A stretch of 64,000 bases of DNA from a bacterium (GTDB taxonomy: Bacteria > Electryoneota > JAOADG01): contig OY820579.1 of assembly GCA_963681965.1 (NCBI GenBank), positions 832,001 to 896,000 of the forward strand, in the 5' to 3' direction. The position numbers and the translations under genes were made by a program. Below the pieces are notes generated by a model. The model searched no databases. It was not told the origin of the DNA and saw only the letters and a program-made list of their open reading frames with translations. Below are positions 21,157 to 30,492 of the stretch, in pieces (the first letter of the stretch is position 1; each line of letters opens with the position of its first letter).

Positions 21157-22887
21157 CTATTGTTTGTTCAATCGGAAATCGAGGATCCGAAGCTGAATCG
21201 GATTGTCCCAGTTATTCAGCGAGTGATCGACACCGAAGCAGACATCAAGCACGGCGCGGTTACCGTTCAAATCGTGATACCGATCCGCCATTCCCAATGC
21301 AATAGCACTGAACACTTTATTGCGTTGCCGGATCTTGAAGCGAAGATGTTTTTGACCAACCACTTTGGTGGTTCCGAGTACTTCCACGCGCTTGGCAAGA
21401 AACGATGGTTTCGGATTGCCGGGTCCGAACGGTGCTAAAAGTTGGATCTCGCGATACAATGAATAATCGATTTGGTCGAGCGGTAATTCGGAATCAATTT
21501 TTAACGAGGGAAGTAACTCTTCCGGCGTCGCATTCGCATTCACATAGTTTTTGAATAATTCGGTGAACCGCGGAATATCGCTTTCGTTCAAGGTAAGTCC
21601 TGCTGCACAGCGATGTCCGCCATATTGCAACAGTACTTCTTGACAAGCACTCAGCGCGGCATGAATATCGATTCCATTCACTGTTCGTGCCGACCCGCGA
21701 CCGATGCCGTTTTCGATTGCCAGTACGACTGTCGGGCGGTGATACATTTCTGCTATGCGTGATGCCAGTATCCCAATGATGCCAAGATGCCAACCACTTT
21801 TAGCCAACACAATTGCCGAGTCGATTGTGGGATCGCATGTCGACTGTAGCGTATCGATCGCATCGCGCATCATCGTATCGTCGACCAGACGACGTCGGAA
21901 ATTGTCTTGTTCGATTGCTACCGCCAATTGACCCGCTTCATGTGTGTTATCGCAGAGCAAAAGTTGCAAGGCTCGATACGGATTTCCCATCCGGGCGGCG
22001 GCATTGATTCGTGGTGAAAGGGTCATCAGCAAATCATCGACGGTGACGGTCGAGATGTCGACACCGGCGACTTCGCACAGCGCAGTAAGTCCCGGTAATG
22101 AAGATTCTTTGATGGCGGCAAGACCGAGTGAAAGTAAAGTACGGTTTTCACCGATCAGGGGGACGATATCGGCCACGGTTCCCAATGCCACGAATTCCAA
22201 TAGCGGAAGCGTGGATTCAACTGAACCGGTTAATGATAAATCGAGTGCCTGAGCTAACTTGAACGCTACCGCGCAACCGGATAATTCCCGGAATGGATAA
22301 GTCGAGTTCGGTAATTTTGGATTGATTACGGCGATCGCGAATGGGAGTTCCGGAGTCGGTTCGTGATGATCGGTAATGATTAAATCGACACCCTGATCTT
22401 TGGCATAACCCGCTGCCTGAACTGCCGTTGTGCCAACATCCACAGTGATAATCAGCGAAACACCTTGTTCCTTCAGTTCGGCAATTCCATCTTCATGCAA
22501 TCCATAGGATGTGTCGGAGCGTTGTGGAATGTAACTGATTATTTCTAGACCAATTCGAGTTAGATAGCGTGTTAACAATGTGATGGCAGTCAGACCATCG
22601 ACATCGTTGTCGCCATAAATCGCGATTTTCTCGTTGCGATCTCGAGCGAGTAAAATTCGTTCTACAGCACGATCCATCCCGTCAAAGAGGTAAGGATCAT
22701 TGATCGAAGAAGAGTTCGGGGCAAAAAAGAGATTGGCGGATTCGGGAGTGCTAATGTCGCGATGCAACAATAAGCGCGCGACAATCGGCGTTAAATGCAG
22801 ACTTTCAGCCAGAGCCACGACCGTTTGGTCGTCCACTCGTTCTGAAATTTCCCATCTTCGCCGAGTCATGAAACTCCTCTTGACCAT
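21157..22887 (-). CDS. recJ: Single-stranded-DNA exonuclease RecJ
   Basis: YGDNDVDG, ITVDVG, TDHH, GTVADIVPL, PRINAAAR, GSAR, GGH..AAG, PFGPGNP. Confidence 0.97.
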   Translation of the reverse strand: MVKRSFMTRRRWEISERVDDQTVVALAESLHLTPIVARLLLHRDISTPESANLFFAPNSSSINDPYLFDGMDRAVERILLARDRNEKIAIYGDNDVDGLTAITLLTRYLTRIGLEIISYIPQRSDTSYGLHEDGIAELKEQGVSLIITVDVGTTAVQAAGYAKDQGVDLIITDHHEPTPELPFAIAVINPKLPNSTYPFRELSGCAVAFKLAQALDLSLTGSVESTLPLLEFVALGTVADIVPLIGENRTLLSLGLAAIKESSLPGLTALCEVAGVDISTVTVDDLLMTLSPRINAAARMGNPYRALQLLLCDNTHEAGQLAVAIEQDNFRRRLVDDTMMRDAIDTLQSTCDPTIDSAIVLAKSGWHLGIIGILASRIAEMYHRPTVVLAIENGIGRGSARTVNGIDIHAALSACQEVLLQYGGHRCAAGLTLNESDIPRFTELFKNYVNANATPEELLPSLKIDSELPLDQIDYSLYREIQLLAPFGPGNPKPSFLAKRVEVLGTTKVVGQKHLRFKIRQRNKVFSAIALGMADRYHDLNGNRAVLDVCFGVDHSLNNWDNPIQLRILDFRLNKQ

Positions 22888-22972
22888 TCATTCGCGGTGC
22901 GTGAATTCGCACGTTTGTGTGACGTGATGCAACGTGCGCAAGGTTACTCATCACACGCATGATAAAAAAATC

Positions 22973-23332
22973 CGGAAAACCGATACGCCGACTTCTGTCT
23001 AGTACAGTCATTCCTCTAGGTTTGCAATTGCTCGCAAACGCCAGCCATCTACCTGAATGCTCGGTAAACCGAAGTGGTGGACACACTCACCTCCGAGAGA
23101 TGGCATTCGACTTGATGTTGCACCGGGCGGGGGTTGCCATGCCTCGAGCCGTTACCGGTCGAGCGGTGGGCTCTTACCCCACCATTTCACCCTTATCAAC
23201 CTTGCGGCTGACGGTATTTTTTCTGTTGCCCTAGCCGTCAGGTTACCCTGCCCCGGAGTTACCGGGCACCCTGTCCACCGGTGGTCGGACGTTCCTCATC
23301 TGCTTGCGCAAATGCGACTGTATGGTTTTCCG
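22973..23332 (-). ncRNA. rnpB: RNase P RNA (bacterial type A)
   Basis: Minus strand has GAGGAACGUCCGAC, GCAACAGAAA, GGGUGAAA..GGUAAGAGC, GCAA and ACAGAAGUCGGCGUAU; P1 ends pair (CGGAAAACC/GGUUUUCCG); usual Zn-ribbon/RNase HI/rnpB synteny. Confidence 0.93.
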
Positions 23333-23485
23333 AATGATTGAACGGGAATACCCGTTTTAACAAAAAACCTAAATTTACTCTAACTCAACAATATCAGTAG
23401 ACTTTGTCGCAACTACAACATATAATCGACAATTCCAAACAGGCTTTGATCGCAAAATCGTCAAATCGAAATGTCAATTTGATAA

Positions 23486-23953
23486 CTATTTAAAATTCAA
23501 TAAAATAAGAGCTTGATCTATGATGGGATGAAATTCTGCCGGTGCGATCGTTTCATTTCGGTCAAGTGCCTGGTTTGCCAAAGCATCCGCAACTCGGTTT
23601 TGAGTCCGCGGAATGGCTTGAAATTGCACCGGAGGTAGTTCACGGAAAAGTGCTTTTGCGCGAAAATACAGTGGTTTGAGATTGTCGGCTTTCACTTTCC
23701 ACCGACCGGCAATCTGCTCGACCATAAGCTGGCTATCGGAAAAGATTGTAGCCGGATACGGGTTGTGATGCAACCACTCCAGCGCTAAAATCAGACCCAA
23801 ATATTCCGCTTCATTGTTCGTACAGACGCCTAATGGCACGCCCCATTCCCCGAGCAGTTCACCATCGTTTTTCACGCACCCGGCAGCAGATGCCGGACCG
23901 GGATTTCCCCGAGCAGCGCCATCGATCCAAATACAAACTGACGATTGGGTCAC
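23486..23953 (-). CDS. rnhA: Ribonuclease HI family protein
   Basis: IDGAARGNPGP, TNNEAEY, SDSQL, PRTQNRVADALAN. GTG 23953 overlaps the upstream TGA (GTGA). Confidence 0.9.
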   Translation of the reverse strand: MTQSSVCIWIDGAARGNPGPASAAGCVKNDGELLGEWGVPLGVCTNNEAEYLGLILALEWLHHNPYPATIFSDSQLMVEQIAGRWKVKADNLKPLYFRAKALFRELPPVQFQAIPRTQNRVADALANQALDRNETIAPAEFHPIIDQALILLNFK

Positions 23954-24684
23954 GGCTTCAATTCGTCGGAAACCAGCACGCGACCGCATGCCTCGCACAG
24001 GATAAAGTCTTTGAATGTTCTCACTTCAACTTGTTTTTGCGGTGGAACGGAATTGAAGCAACCGCCGCAGGAGCCATTCAGGAGCCGGGCGATACCGCGA
24101 CCATCGCGTGCCAACCGAATTCGCTGATAATGGTTGTAGATCGGTTTCATCAAAAGCGCTTCTAGAGCGGTGCGATGTTCGATGAGTTCGTTTTCTCGTT
24201 CGGAGGAATCTTCTACGATCTCTTTGAGTTCGTTTTGTAATTCTTCGAATTCCGCCTTCATTTTGTTGAGAACCGCTTCGATCCGTGCGTGTTCGGTTTC
24301 GGCTTTTTGAATATCGCCGAGCAGTGATTGCTGCTCTTCCGCGCGCTTACCAAGTAGCTTTTGAACTTCTTCGAGTTCTTTCGTTAACGCATCGTATTCG
24401 CGATTGGATGTAACACTGTATAACGAATCTTCGAATTTACGTTTTCGATTGCGTGCTTCTTCGATTTCGCGCGTCAAATCGAGTTTGCGTTGCGACATTT
24501 TATCGACTGCTTGGTGAGTTGCCCATAACTGTGCAGCGGTTTTATCCAAATCTTTTTGCAACCGCGCGATTTGTTCCGGCAATTCACCCCGATCTTCCTC
24601 CAAGTCGCGGAGTTCGCTATCGATTTCCTGCATCTTGACCAGATTATGAAGTTGCTCTTTTAAATCCGGGGAATCATTCACCAT
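23950..24684 (-). CDS. Coiled-coil protein with C4-type zinc ribbon (DUF164/CT398-like)
   Basis: LQ.ID, SNREYDAL..E, long coiled coil, CGGC...CEACGR. Confidence 0.92.
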   Translation of the reverse strand: MVNDSPDLKEQLHNLVKMQEIDSELRDLEEDRGELPEQIARLQKDLDKTAAQLWATHQAVDKMSQRKLDLTREIEEARNRKRKFEDSLYSVTSNREYDALTKELEEVQKLLGKRAEEQQSLLGDIQKAETEHARIEAVLNKMKAEFEELQNELKEIVEDSSERENELIEHRTALEALLMKPIYNHYQRIRLARDGRGIARLLNGSCGGCFNSVPPQKQVEVRTFKDFILCEACGRVLVSDELKP

Positions 24685-24696
24685 TCACCTCAATAC

Positions 24697-24728
24697 AAAA
24701 AAAACGGGAATGGATAAATTCCATTCCC
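24697..24728 (-). terminator. Intrinsic terminator between the tRNA and the Zn-ribbon gene
   Basis: Minus strand GGGAATGGA-attta-TCCATTCCC-G followed by a T tract. Confidence 0.7.
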
Positions 24729-24828
24729 TTGTGTGTACCCGTGCAATCAACTACCGGAGATGTATATCCCCGTTGCGTATGAAAAATAAGATTAAAAATC
24801 GGTTTTGTTCGCATTGTTTCGAGTTCCG

Positions 24829-24902
<74 letters not shown>

Positions 24903-25142
24903 TTCTGTATAATTAAGTTAATATAAATGCTTCTGAGAGTGTGTGCAAGCTTGAATAATGACTGGATTCGGTAAAAAATCTCAAGCTCCGATGTAAATAA
25001 TACGAGCTATCGGAGTAATTCGCAGAATATTCACAACGATGGTCAAACGATAAGAAGTTTTTGGTAAAAAAGAGTAAAAAGATCGGAATTACCGATTCTT
25101 CTAAATCAATTCGAAGTTGATTTCCCGACACGCCGATTGGGT

Positions 25143-25550
25143 CTATTTTTCCGTTTTTGTACTATCTTCGCCGATTCCGGTACCCCAACCCCAAATCTTT
25201 CCCGAAGCGATATCGCATTTCGCAACGCGATCGCGTCCACCGGGCATCGAAGGGTTGCTGGTGGCGATGATCAGCGTCGGAGGATCGCCGACCAATTCGA
25301 AGTACCAATGATCTTTGGTCTCTTTATCGAGGATTACCCATTCTTTTCCAGTAAGCAAATCCATCGTGACGGTTTGGTCGGCGCTGGTTCCGAAGCGCTT
25401 GTAGGCATTCGCGATATCTTTTAAAGCGTTAACCACCTCTTTTTTGGCGGCGTAAACGGGGTACTTATCGGAGATAAACCAAAATGCTGCTCCGATGACC
25501 GCAACCACAATAACGATCAGGAGAATAGTTTTCAAAAAGTCGTTGGTCAC
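25143..25550 (-). CDS. Single-TM pilin-like hypothetical protein (paralog 1)
   Basis: N-terminal hydrophobic helix, then amphipathic AKKEV..AL..IA.AY; shares WVILDKETKDHW.F.L.GDP, MPGGRD and GKIWGWG with its neighbour. Confidence 0.75.
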   Translation of the reverse strand: MTNDFLKTILLIVIVVAVIGAAFWFISDKYPVYAAKKEVVNALKDIANAYKRFGTSADQTVTMDLLTGKEWVILDKETKDHWYFELVGDPPTLIIATSNPSMPGGRDRVAKCDIASGKIWGWGTGIGEDSTKTEK

Positions 25551-25563
25551 AGACGCCTCGGGA

Positions 25564-26025
25564 TTAGTGTAAGACTTGCTTTGAGAAAGATTCTTCTTTG
25601 ATTAACCCAGCCTTGAGGCTGTCTTCGGTCTCGGGTACGCCCCAACCCCAGATCTTTCCGGTTTGAATGTCACACCAGACAAATTTATCTCGACCACCGG
25701 GCATCGCGGGTAGACTCTGAGCCACGACGTGGTGGGCTGGATCGCCAATGAGATCGAACGTCCAATGATCTTTTGTCTCTTTATCGAGAATAACCCATTG
25801 CTTATTATAGATATAATCGATTGTGACCGGGTCATCGGCGAGTTTGGACCATTTCGCATAGCTGTTCGCTAACTCACGAATCGAGGTAGTAACCTCTTTT
25901 TTGGCTTGATAGAGTGGAAATTTCTCGGAAATCACCCAAATCCCCGCTCCTACTAAGCATAGCAGAATCACGCCCAACAAGATAATTTTCAAGACTTCGC
26001 TGATGCCGTCGGAATGTAGTGACAC
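25564..26025 (-). CDS. Single-TM pilin-like hypothetical protein (paralog 2)
   Basis: GTG 26025 with a strong AGAGGAGG SD (preferred over 26073); same conserved blocks as 25143..25550. Confidence 0.75.
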   Translation of the reverse strand: MSLHSDGISEVLKIILLGVILLCLVGAGIWVISEKFPLYQAKKEVTTSIRELANSYAKWSKLADDPVTIDYIYNKQWVILDKETKDHWTFDLIGDPAHHVVAQSLPAMPGGRDKFVWCDIQTGKIWGWGVPETEDSLKAGLIKEESFSKQVLH

Positions 26026-26212
26026 TGCTGCCTCCTCTTTGAATCGCACTAATGTACAACGGACGAGCCGCAAACGAAACCCCCGGTATCACTTTGTAAC
26101 GATCTTGCATTGGAGTAATTGTCGCGGTTATACTACTGAAGAATTATTCAGTAATCGAAAGAAACTCTGATTTAGTGATATTGACACCCGTTCATACCCT
26201 ATTGGAGACGAA

Positions 26213-27391
26213 ATGCCGAATTTGGCACACCGCATGAATCGACTTCCACCCTATCTGTTTGCTGCCTTGGAAGCAAAAGCCGACGAGATGCGTCAACGCG
26301 GAGTTGACCTGATCGATTTGGGTATCGGTGATCCGGATTTACCTTCCCCCGCATATTTTGAAGATGCCGTTCGGAGACATTTATCCGATCCGGATGCCCA
26401 TCTCTACCCCTCCTCGGTTGGGGATCTGGAAGTTCGAAAGAGTATCGCGAAATGGGCAAAGATTCGCTTTGGCGTTGACGTCGACCCGACTATCGAAGTT
26501 TGTCTGCTATTGGGAGCAAAGGAAGGTATTGCCAATATCGCACGCGCCTTCGTGAACCCCGGCGATGTTGTCGCAGTACCAGACCCAGCCTATCCGGTCT
26601 ATGCCAACGGCGCGACCATTCTGAATGATGGTATCTCCTATCCGATACCGTTACTCGAACAGCGAGGAATGTTGCCCGATCTGGAAGCGATTCCGGATGA
26701 AGTGAGTATGCTCTATTTGAATTATCCGAATAATCCGACGGGAGCGATCGCGACTCCGGAATTCTTCAGTGAAGTTGCCCAGTGGGGTGCGGCTCATCCC
26801 GATTGCGTGGTCGTTCAGGATAATGCTTACAGTGAATTGGCGTTCGGTGGCTATCATGCACCGGCACTGTTGTCGCAATGGCAGGGCGGTGTCGAGTTTT
26901 TCTCGCTTTCGAAAGTGGTGAATGCCACTGGATACCGGATCGGATGGGCAATCGGACACCCCGATATTATTCGAGCGTTGGTTAAAGTAAAAACCCAACT
27001 CGACAGTGGTGCGCCAGTTTTCATTCAACGCGCCCTCGCCGAAGTACTCGATCTCTATACAACTCCGGGAGAAACTCCCACACTGATCCGAGAGAACTTA
27101 TCGGTTTACGGCGAACGACGACAAGCAATGGAGGCAGGACTTACTCGGTTGGATATTACATTTGTGAACAGTCCCGCCACATTCTATGTCTGGGCGAAAG
27201 TGCCACGCGGGTGGGATGATCTGAAATTTGTCGATGCACTGATCGAGCGCGGAGTGATTGTAACACCCGGGCGTGGGTTCGGTCGTCAGGGCGAAGGCAG
27301 AATTCGCTTTGCTTTAACGCAACCGAAAGCGCGAATCGAAGAAGCAATCGAACGCATGGAACAACTCGTGAGCGAAACGGCTAACCTGTAA
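26213..27391 (+). CDS. dapL: LL-diaminopimelate aminotransferase (class I/II aminotransferase)
   Basis: LPPYLFA, DLGIGDPD, AKEGIA, PDPAYPVY, LNYPNNPTG, DNAYSE, SLSK...TGYRIG. Confidence 0.8.
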   Translation: MPNLAHRMNRLPPYLFAALEAKADEMRQRGVDLIDLGIGDPDLPSPAYFEDAVRRHLSDPDAHLYPSSVGDLEVRKSIAKWAKIRFGVDVDPTIEVCLLLGAKEGIANIARAFVNPGDVVAVPDPAYPVYANGATILNDGISYPIPLLEQRGMLPDLEAIPDEVSMLYLNYPNNPTGAIATPEFFSEVAQWGAAHPDCVVVQDNAYSELAFGGYHAPALLSQWQGGVEFFSLSKVVNATGYRIGWAIGHPDIIRALVKVKTQLDSGAPVFIQRALAEVLDLYTTPGETPTLIRENLSVYGERRQAMEAGLTRLDITFVNSPATFYVWAKVPRGWDDLKFVDALIERGVIVTPGRGFGRQGEGRIRFALTQPKARIEEAIERMEQLVSETANL

Positions 27392-27406
27392 TTAACAGGA
27401 GGACTT

Positions 27407-28993
27407 ATGAATATGAGATTATTAATCACTCCAGTTTGTATCGCTGTTGTAGTGCTTCTTTCGGGGATCATGCAGACAAGCCATGCCAGTGTATCGCCGC
27501 AAATCGCAATTGCCGACCTCCTGACATCCGACGTCAACACGCAATCGACAGTAGACTATTTATCGGGTTTTAATATCGACAGCGTCGCAAAGTGGATAGG
27601 ATCTTCCACCGGTTATCCCAAGCCGACGAAACTCGGCGGCATCGTCCAATTATCTCATGCCGTGAATGATAGCTACTCAGTCGTTACAAAAGTCTATATC
27701 CCTTCACACTACAATCCGTCTGCTCGAACACCGCTCTTTGTCTATTTACACGGTGGTGTTAGTCGTCCGGAAGCACCGGAGATTCCCGATTCCGAACTGG
27801 TGACCGATCCAATTCTCAAACTCTGCGAGCAAAATGGCTGGATCCTCGCTTTTCCGTTGGTGCGATTCGATTGTGTTTGGTGGAATGCCGCCGGCATGGA
27901 TCACATTCAATGGTTGATCCGGGAAATGAAGCGTGGATACAATATTGATGATGATCGGGTTGCGATCGGTGGCTTTTCCGATGGTGGTTCCGGTTCTTAT
28001 CACTTGGCAATGACTCGACCAACCGATTTCGCGGTTTTCTTTCCATGGTCGGGACACATGGCAGTTGGTGGTCTGGACGGTGGGTGGCAATTGTATGTGG
28101 CAAATATGCAGAACCGACCGGTGTATGCGACCAATGGTGGCGTCGACCAACTTTATCCTACCGACAAAATGCTCCCGATGATCCGAACGGCGATCAATGC
28201 TGGTGCGAATCTGACATTGACGGCATACGATACCGCCAAACACGACGATAGCTATCTTAAATATGAAATGGAAAATATTGCCAATCGGGTCAATCATACC
28301 TATCGTCAGCCCTTTGCGCCGACACTTTACTGGGAAGCATCCGATCTGAGAGTTGGCTCGGTCGATTGGTTGTCAATAACCGAATTCGATACACTTCTTC
28401 CCAAAGCCGAGTGGCAAAAAGAATACAATTGTCAATTGCGGGACGATCGAGTGACAATTGGGTTCATGCCCGATACTAAATCAGAAGGGGGTATAAAAGT
28501 CGCCTCGGTGATGGAAGATACCGGCTCAGCCGCAACCAAGGCAGGATTGAAAAAGGACGATCTCATCGTCAAACTGGATGATTTTCCCATCGGTAACTAT
28601 CAGGATCTTTCGAAAGCGCGGGCATCGAAAAAGCGCGGCGATAAATTTACATTGACGGTGATGCGTGACGGCAAAGAACTAATATTGAAGACAGGCTTTC
28701 CACCCGTAACGGAATATGCGGCGTTCCCGTACACACACCCTTCTGGTGCCGTCCGTGCCGTCCGCATGGGCAATCGCTTTGAGTTATCGACTTCGCGAAT
28801 TAAGAAGTTGTCACTTTACCTTCATCCTGAGATGATCAATTTCGATCAACCAGTGGTAATCGTAGCGAATGGGAAAACCATCTATGAGGGAAAAGTGCAG
28901 CAGGATATCAAGTTTATGGTGAAGCAGGTTGCACAGAATCGTGATCGCAGATTGATCTGGCGCGCGAAAATCGATTTGGATCTATCCAAATAG
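27407..28993 (+). CDS. Secreted alpha/beta-hydrolase (esterase/peptidase) with inserted PDZ domain
   Basis: Signal peptide; YLHGG, GFSDGG nucleophile elbow, D (VDQLY) and H (AKHD); PDZ SAATKAGLKKDDLIVKLD. Confidence 0.8.
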   Translation: MNMRLLITPVCIAVVVLLSGIMQTSHASVSPQIAIADLLTSDVNTQSTVDYLSGFNIDSVAKWIGSSTGYPKPTKLGGIVQLSHAVNDSYSVVTKVYIPSHYNPSARTPLFVYLHGGVSRPEAPEIPDSELVTDPILKLCEQNGWILAFPLVRFDCVWWNAAGMDHIQWLIREMKRGYNIDDDRVAIGGFSDGGSGSYHLAMTRPTDFAVFFPWSGHMAVGGLDGGWQLYVANMQNRPVYATNGGVDQLYPTDKMLPMIRTAINAGANLTLTAYDTAKHDDSYLKYEMENIANRVNHTYRQPFAPTLYWEASDLRVGSVDWLSITEFDTLLPKAEWQKEYNCQLRDDRVTIGFMPDTKSEGGIKVASVMEDTGSAATKAGLKKDDLIVKLDDFPIGNYQDLSKARASKKRGDKFTLTVMRDGKELILKTGFPPVTEYAAFPYTHPSGAVRAVRMGNRFELSTSRIKKLSLYLHPEMINFDQPVVIVANGKTIYEGKVQQDIKFMVKQVAQNRDRRLIWRAKIDLDLSK

Positions 28994-29019
28994 AATCGGA
29001 AGCCGATCGAAAGTAATAA

Positions 29020-29050
29020 TAAAAAGGCGGACAGTTGTCCGCCTTTTTTA
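29020..29050. terminator. Bidirectional intrinsic terminator
   Basis: AAAAAGGCGGACA-gt-TGTCCGCCTTTTTT between convergent genes. Confidence 0.85.
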
Positions 29051-29068
29051 TACAAGAAGACTGACCGA

Positions 29069-30340
29069 TTAAATCATCTTGATCGTCTGTTCCCGACGCT
29101 CGCCGACACTGATGTACTCAATCGGAATTCCGGTAATCCGCTCGATTTTTTCGATGTATCGTGTTGCTTCGATCGGTAGGCGATTGAAACTGGTGACATG
29201 AGAAATATCTTGAGTCCAGCCCGGCATCATTTCATAAATCGGTTTGCATTCATGCAATTCCGAAAGCGTCATCGGAAATTGATCGATGCGTCCGCTAGGG
29301 GTTTCGTAGCCGATACAAATCGGAATTTGATCGTATCCCGATAAAACGTCAAGTTTGGTAATCGCCCACGCCGTCAAGCCGTTGACCCGCACGGAATATT
29401 TTGCCAACACATTGTCCCACCAACCGCAGCGACGGGCGCGACCGGTAGTCGTGCCGTATTCGGCTCCGCGATTGCGCAATTCAACGCCGGTATTGTCTAG
29501 AATTTCAGTCGGAAATGGTCCGTTACCAACGCGTGTGACATACGCTTTCGCAATACCGATCACGCGTTGTAGATGTCGCGGTCCGATACCCAACCCCGAA
29601 GATGCGCCTCCCGCAATCGGTTCACTGGAGGTTACGAACGGATAGGTACCGAAATTGATGTCGAGCAGTGTGCCTTGAGCGCCTTCAAGCAGAATTTTCT
29701 TTTTCTTGTTGACCGCATCGTCGAGTAATAGCGAGGCGTCGCCGATAAAAGGCTGAATTTTACGTGCGATTTTCAGTGTTTCTTCTACTACTGTGTCGAT
29801 CGAAAGCGCTGGCTCGCCGTAGTACTTGATCAACATGTCGTTGTGCGCGTTGATTTCAATTTTCAGATGTTCGCGAAGGTTTTCTTCGTGCAGGAATTCC
29901 GCAATCCGAATTCCACGACGTGAAGATTTGTCGGAATAACATGGACCGATTCCGCGACCGGTAGTGCCAATTGCCGAAAATCGTTCCTGTGATTCATCGA
30001 GACGTCGGTGGTAGGGCAGAATGGCATGTGCTCGACCATCGATGATTAACCGACCATCGACCTTAATTCCTCGTTCGATCAACTGATTGATTTCGTCGAT
30101 AAAAGTCCAAGGGTCAATTACCGATCCAGCGCCAAGCAAGCAGAGCGATTCTGGATTAAGAATACCCGATGGGATGTGGTGCAAGATGTATTTTTCATTG
30201 TCGACGACGACAGTGTGACCGGCGTTCGGACCGCCACCCCAACGTGCTACGACGTGCATATTGCCTGCGAGCAAGTCGACGATTTTACCTTTGCCTTCAT
30301 CGCCCCATTGGGCTCCGACAATGACACTAACCGACATCAT
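29069..30340 (-). CDS. purA: Adenylosuccinate synthetase
   Basis: GAQWGDEGKGK, NAGHT, GTTGRGIGP, EGAQG, TRVGNGPFPTE, GTTTGR.RRCG, TKLDVL. Confidence 0.98.
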   Translation of the reverse strand: MMSVSVIVGAQWGDEGKGKIVDLLAGNMHVVARWGGGPNAGHTVVVDNEKYILHHIPSGILNPESLCLLGAGSVIDPWTFIDEINQLIERGIKVDGRLIIDGRAHAILPYHRRLDESQERFSAIGTTGRGIGPCYSDKSSRRGIRIAEFLHEENLREHLKIEINAHNDMLIKYYGEPALSIDTVVEETLKIARKIQPFIGDASLLLDDAVNKKKKILLEGAQGTLLDINFGTYPFVTSSEPIAGGASSGLGIGPRHLQRVIGIAKAYVTRVGNGPFPTEILDNTGVELRNRGAEYGTTTGRARRCGWWDNVLAKYSVRVNGLTAWAITKLDVLSGYDQIPICIGYETPSGRIDQFPMTLSELHECKPIYEMMPGWTQDISHVTSFNRLPIEATRYIEKIERITGIPIEYISVGERREQTIKMI

Positions 30341-30435
30341 TACTCCTTCGAGAATCTACTCAGACTAAGATCAAGACCGATGATTAGGTTATGGGTGACA
30401 CCCGCAATCGCGAAGCGGGAAGGGAATAACCCTCC

Positions 30436-30467
30436 AACACACGAACGCCCCAGCTTTCGCCGGGGCG
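30436..30467 (-). terminator. Hairpin downstream of secF (probable terminator)
   Basis: Minus strand CGCCCCGGC-GAAA-GCTGGGGCG followed by TTCGTGTGTT. Confidence 0.5.
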
Positions 30468-30492
30468 CGGTAAGTATCCTTAAGTAAATATA

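Noticed and set aside
22805-23341. Short ORFs of 91-94 aa
   Set aside because: They overlap the RNase P RNA gene.
30341-30492. Purine riboswitch upstream of purA
   Set aside because: Hairpins are present but I could not match purine, ZTP or PRPP aptamer cores; better explained as the secF 3' structure.
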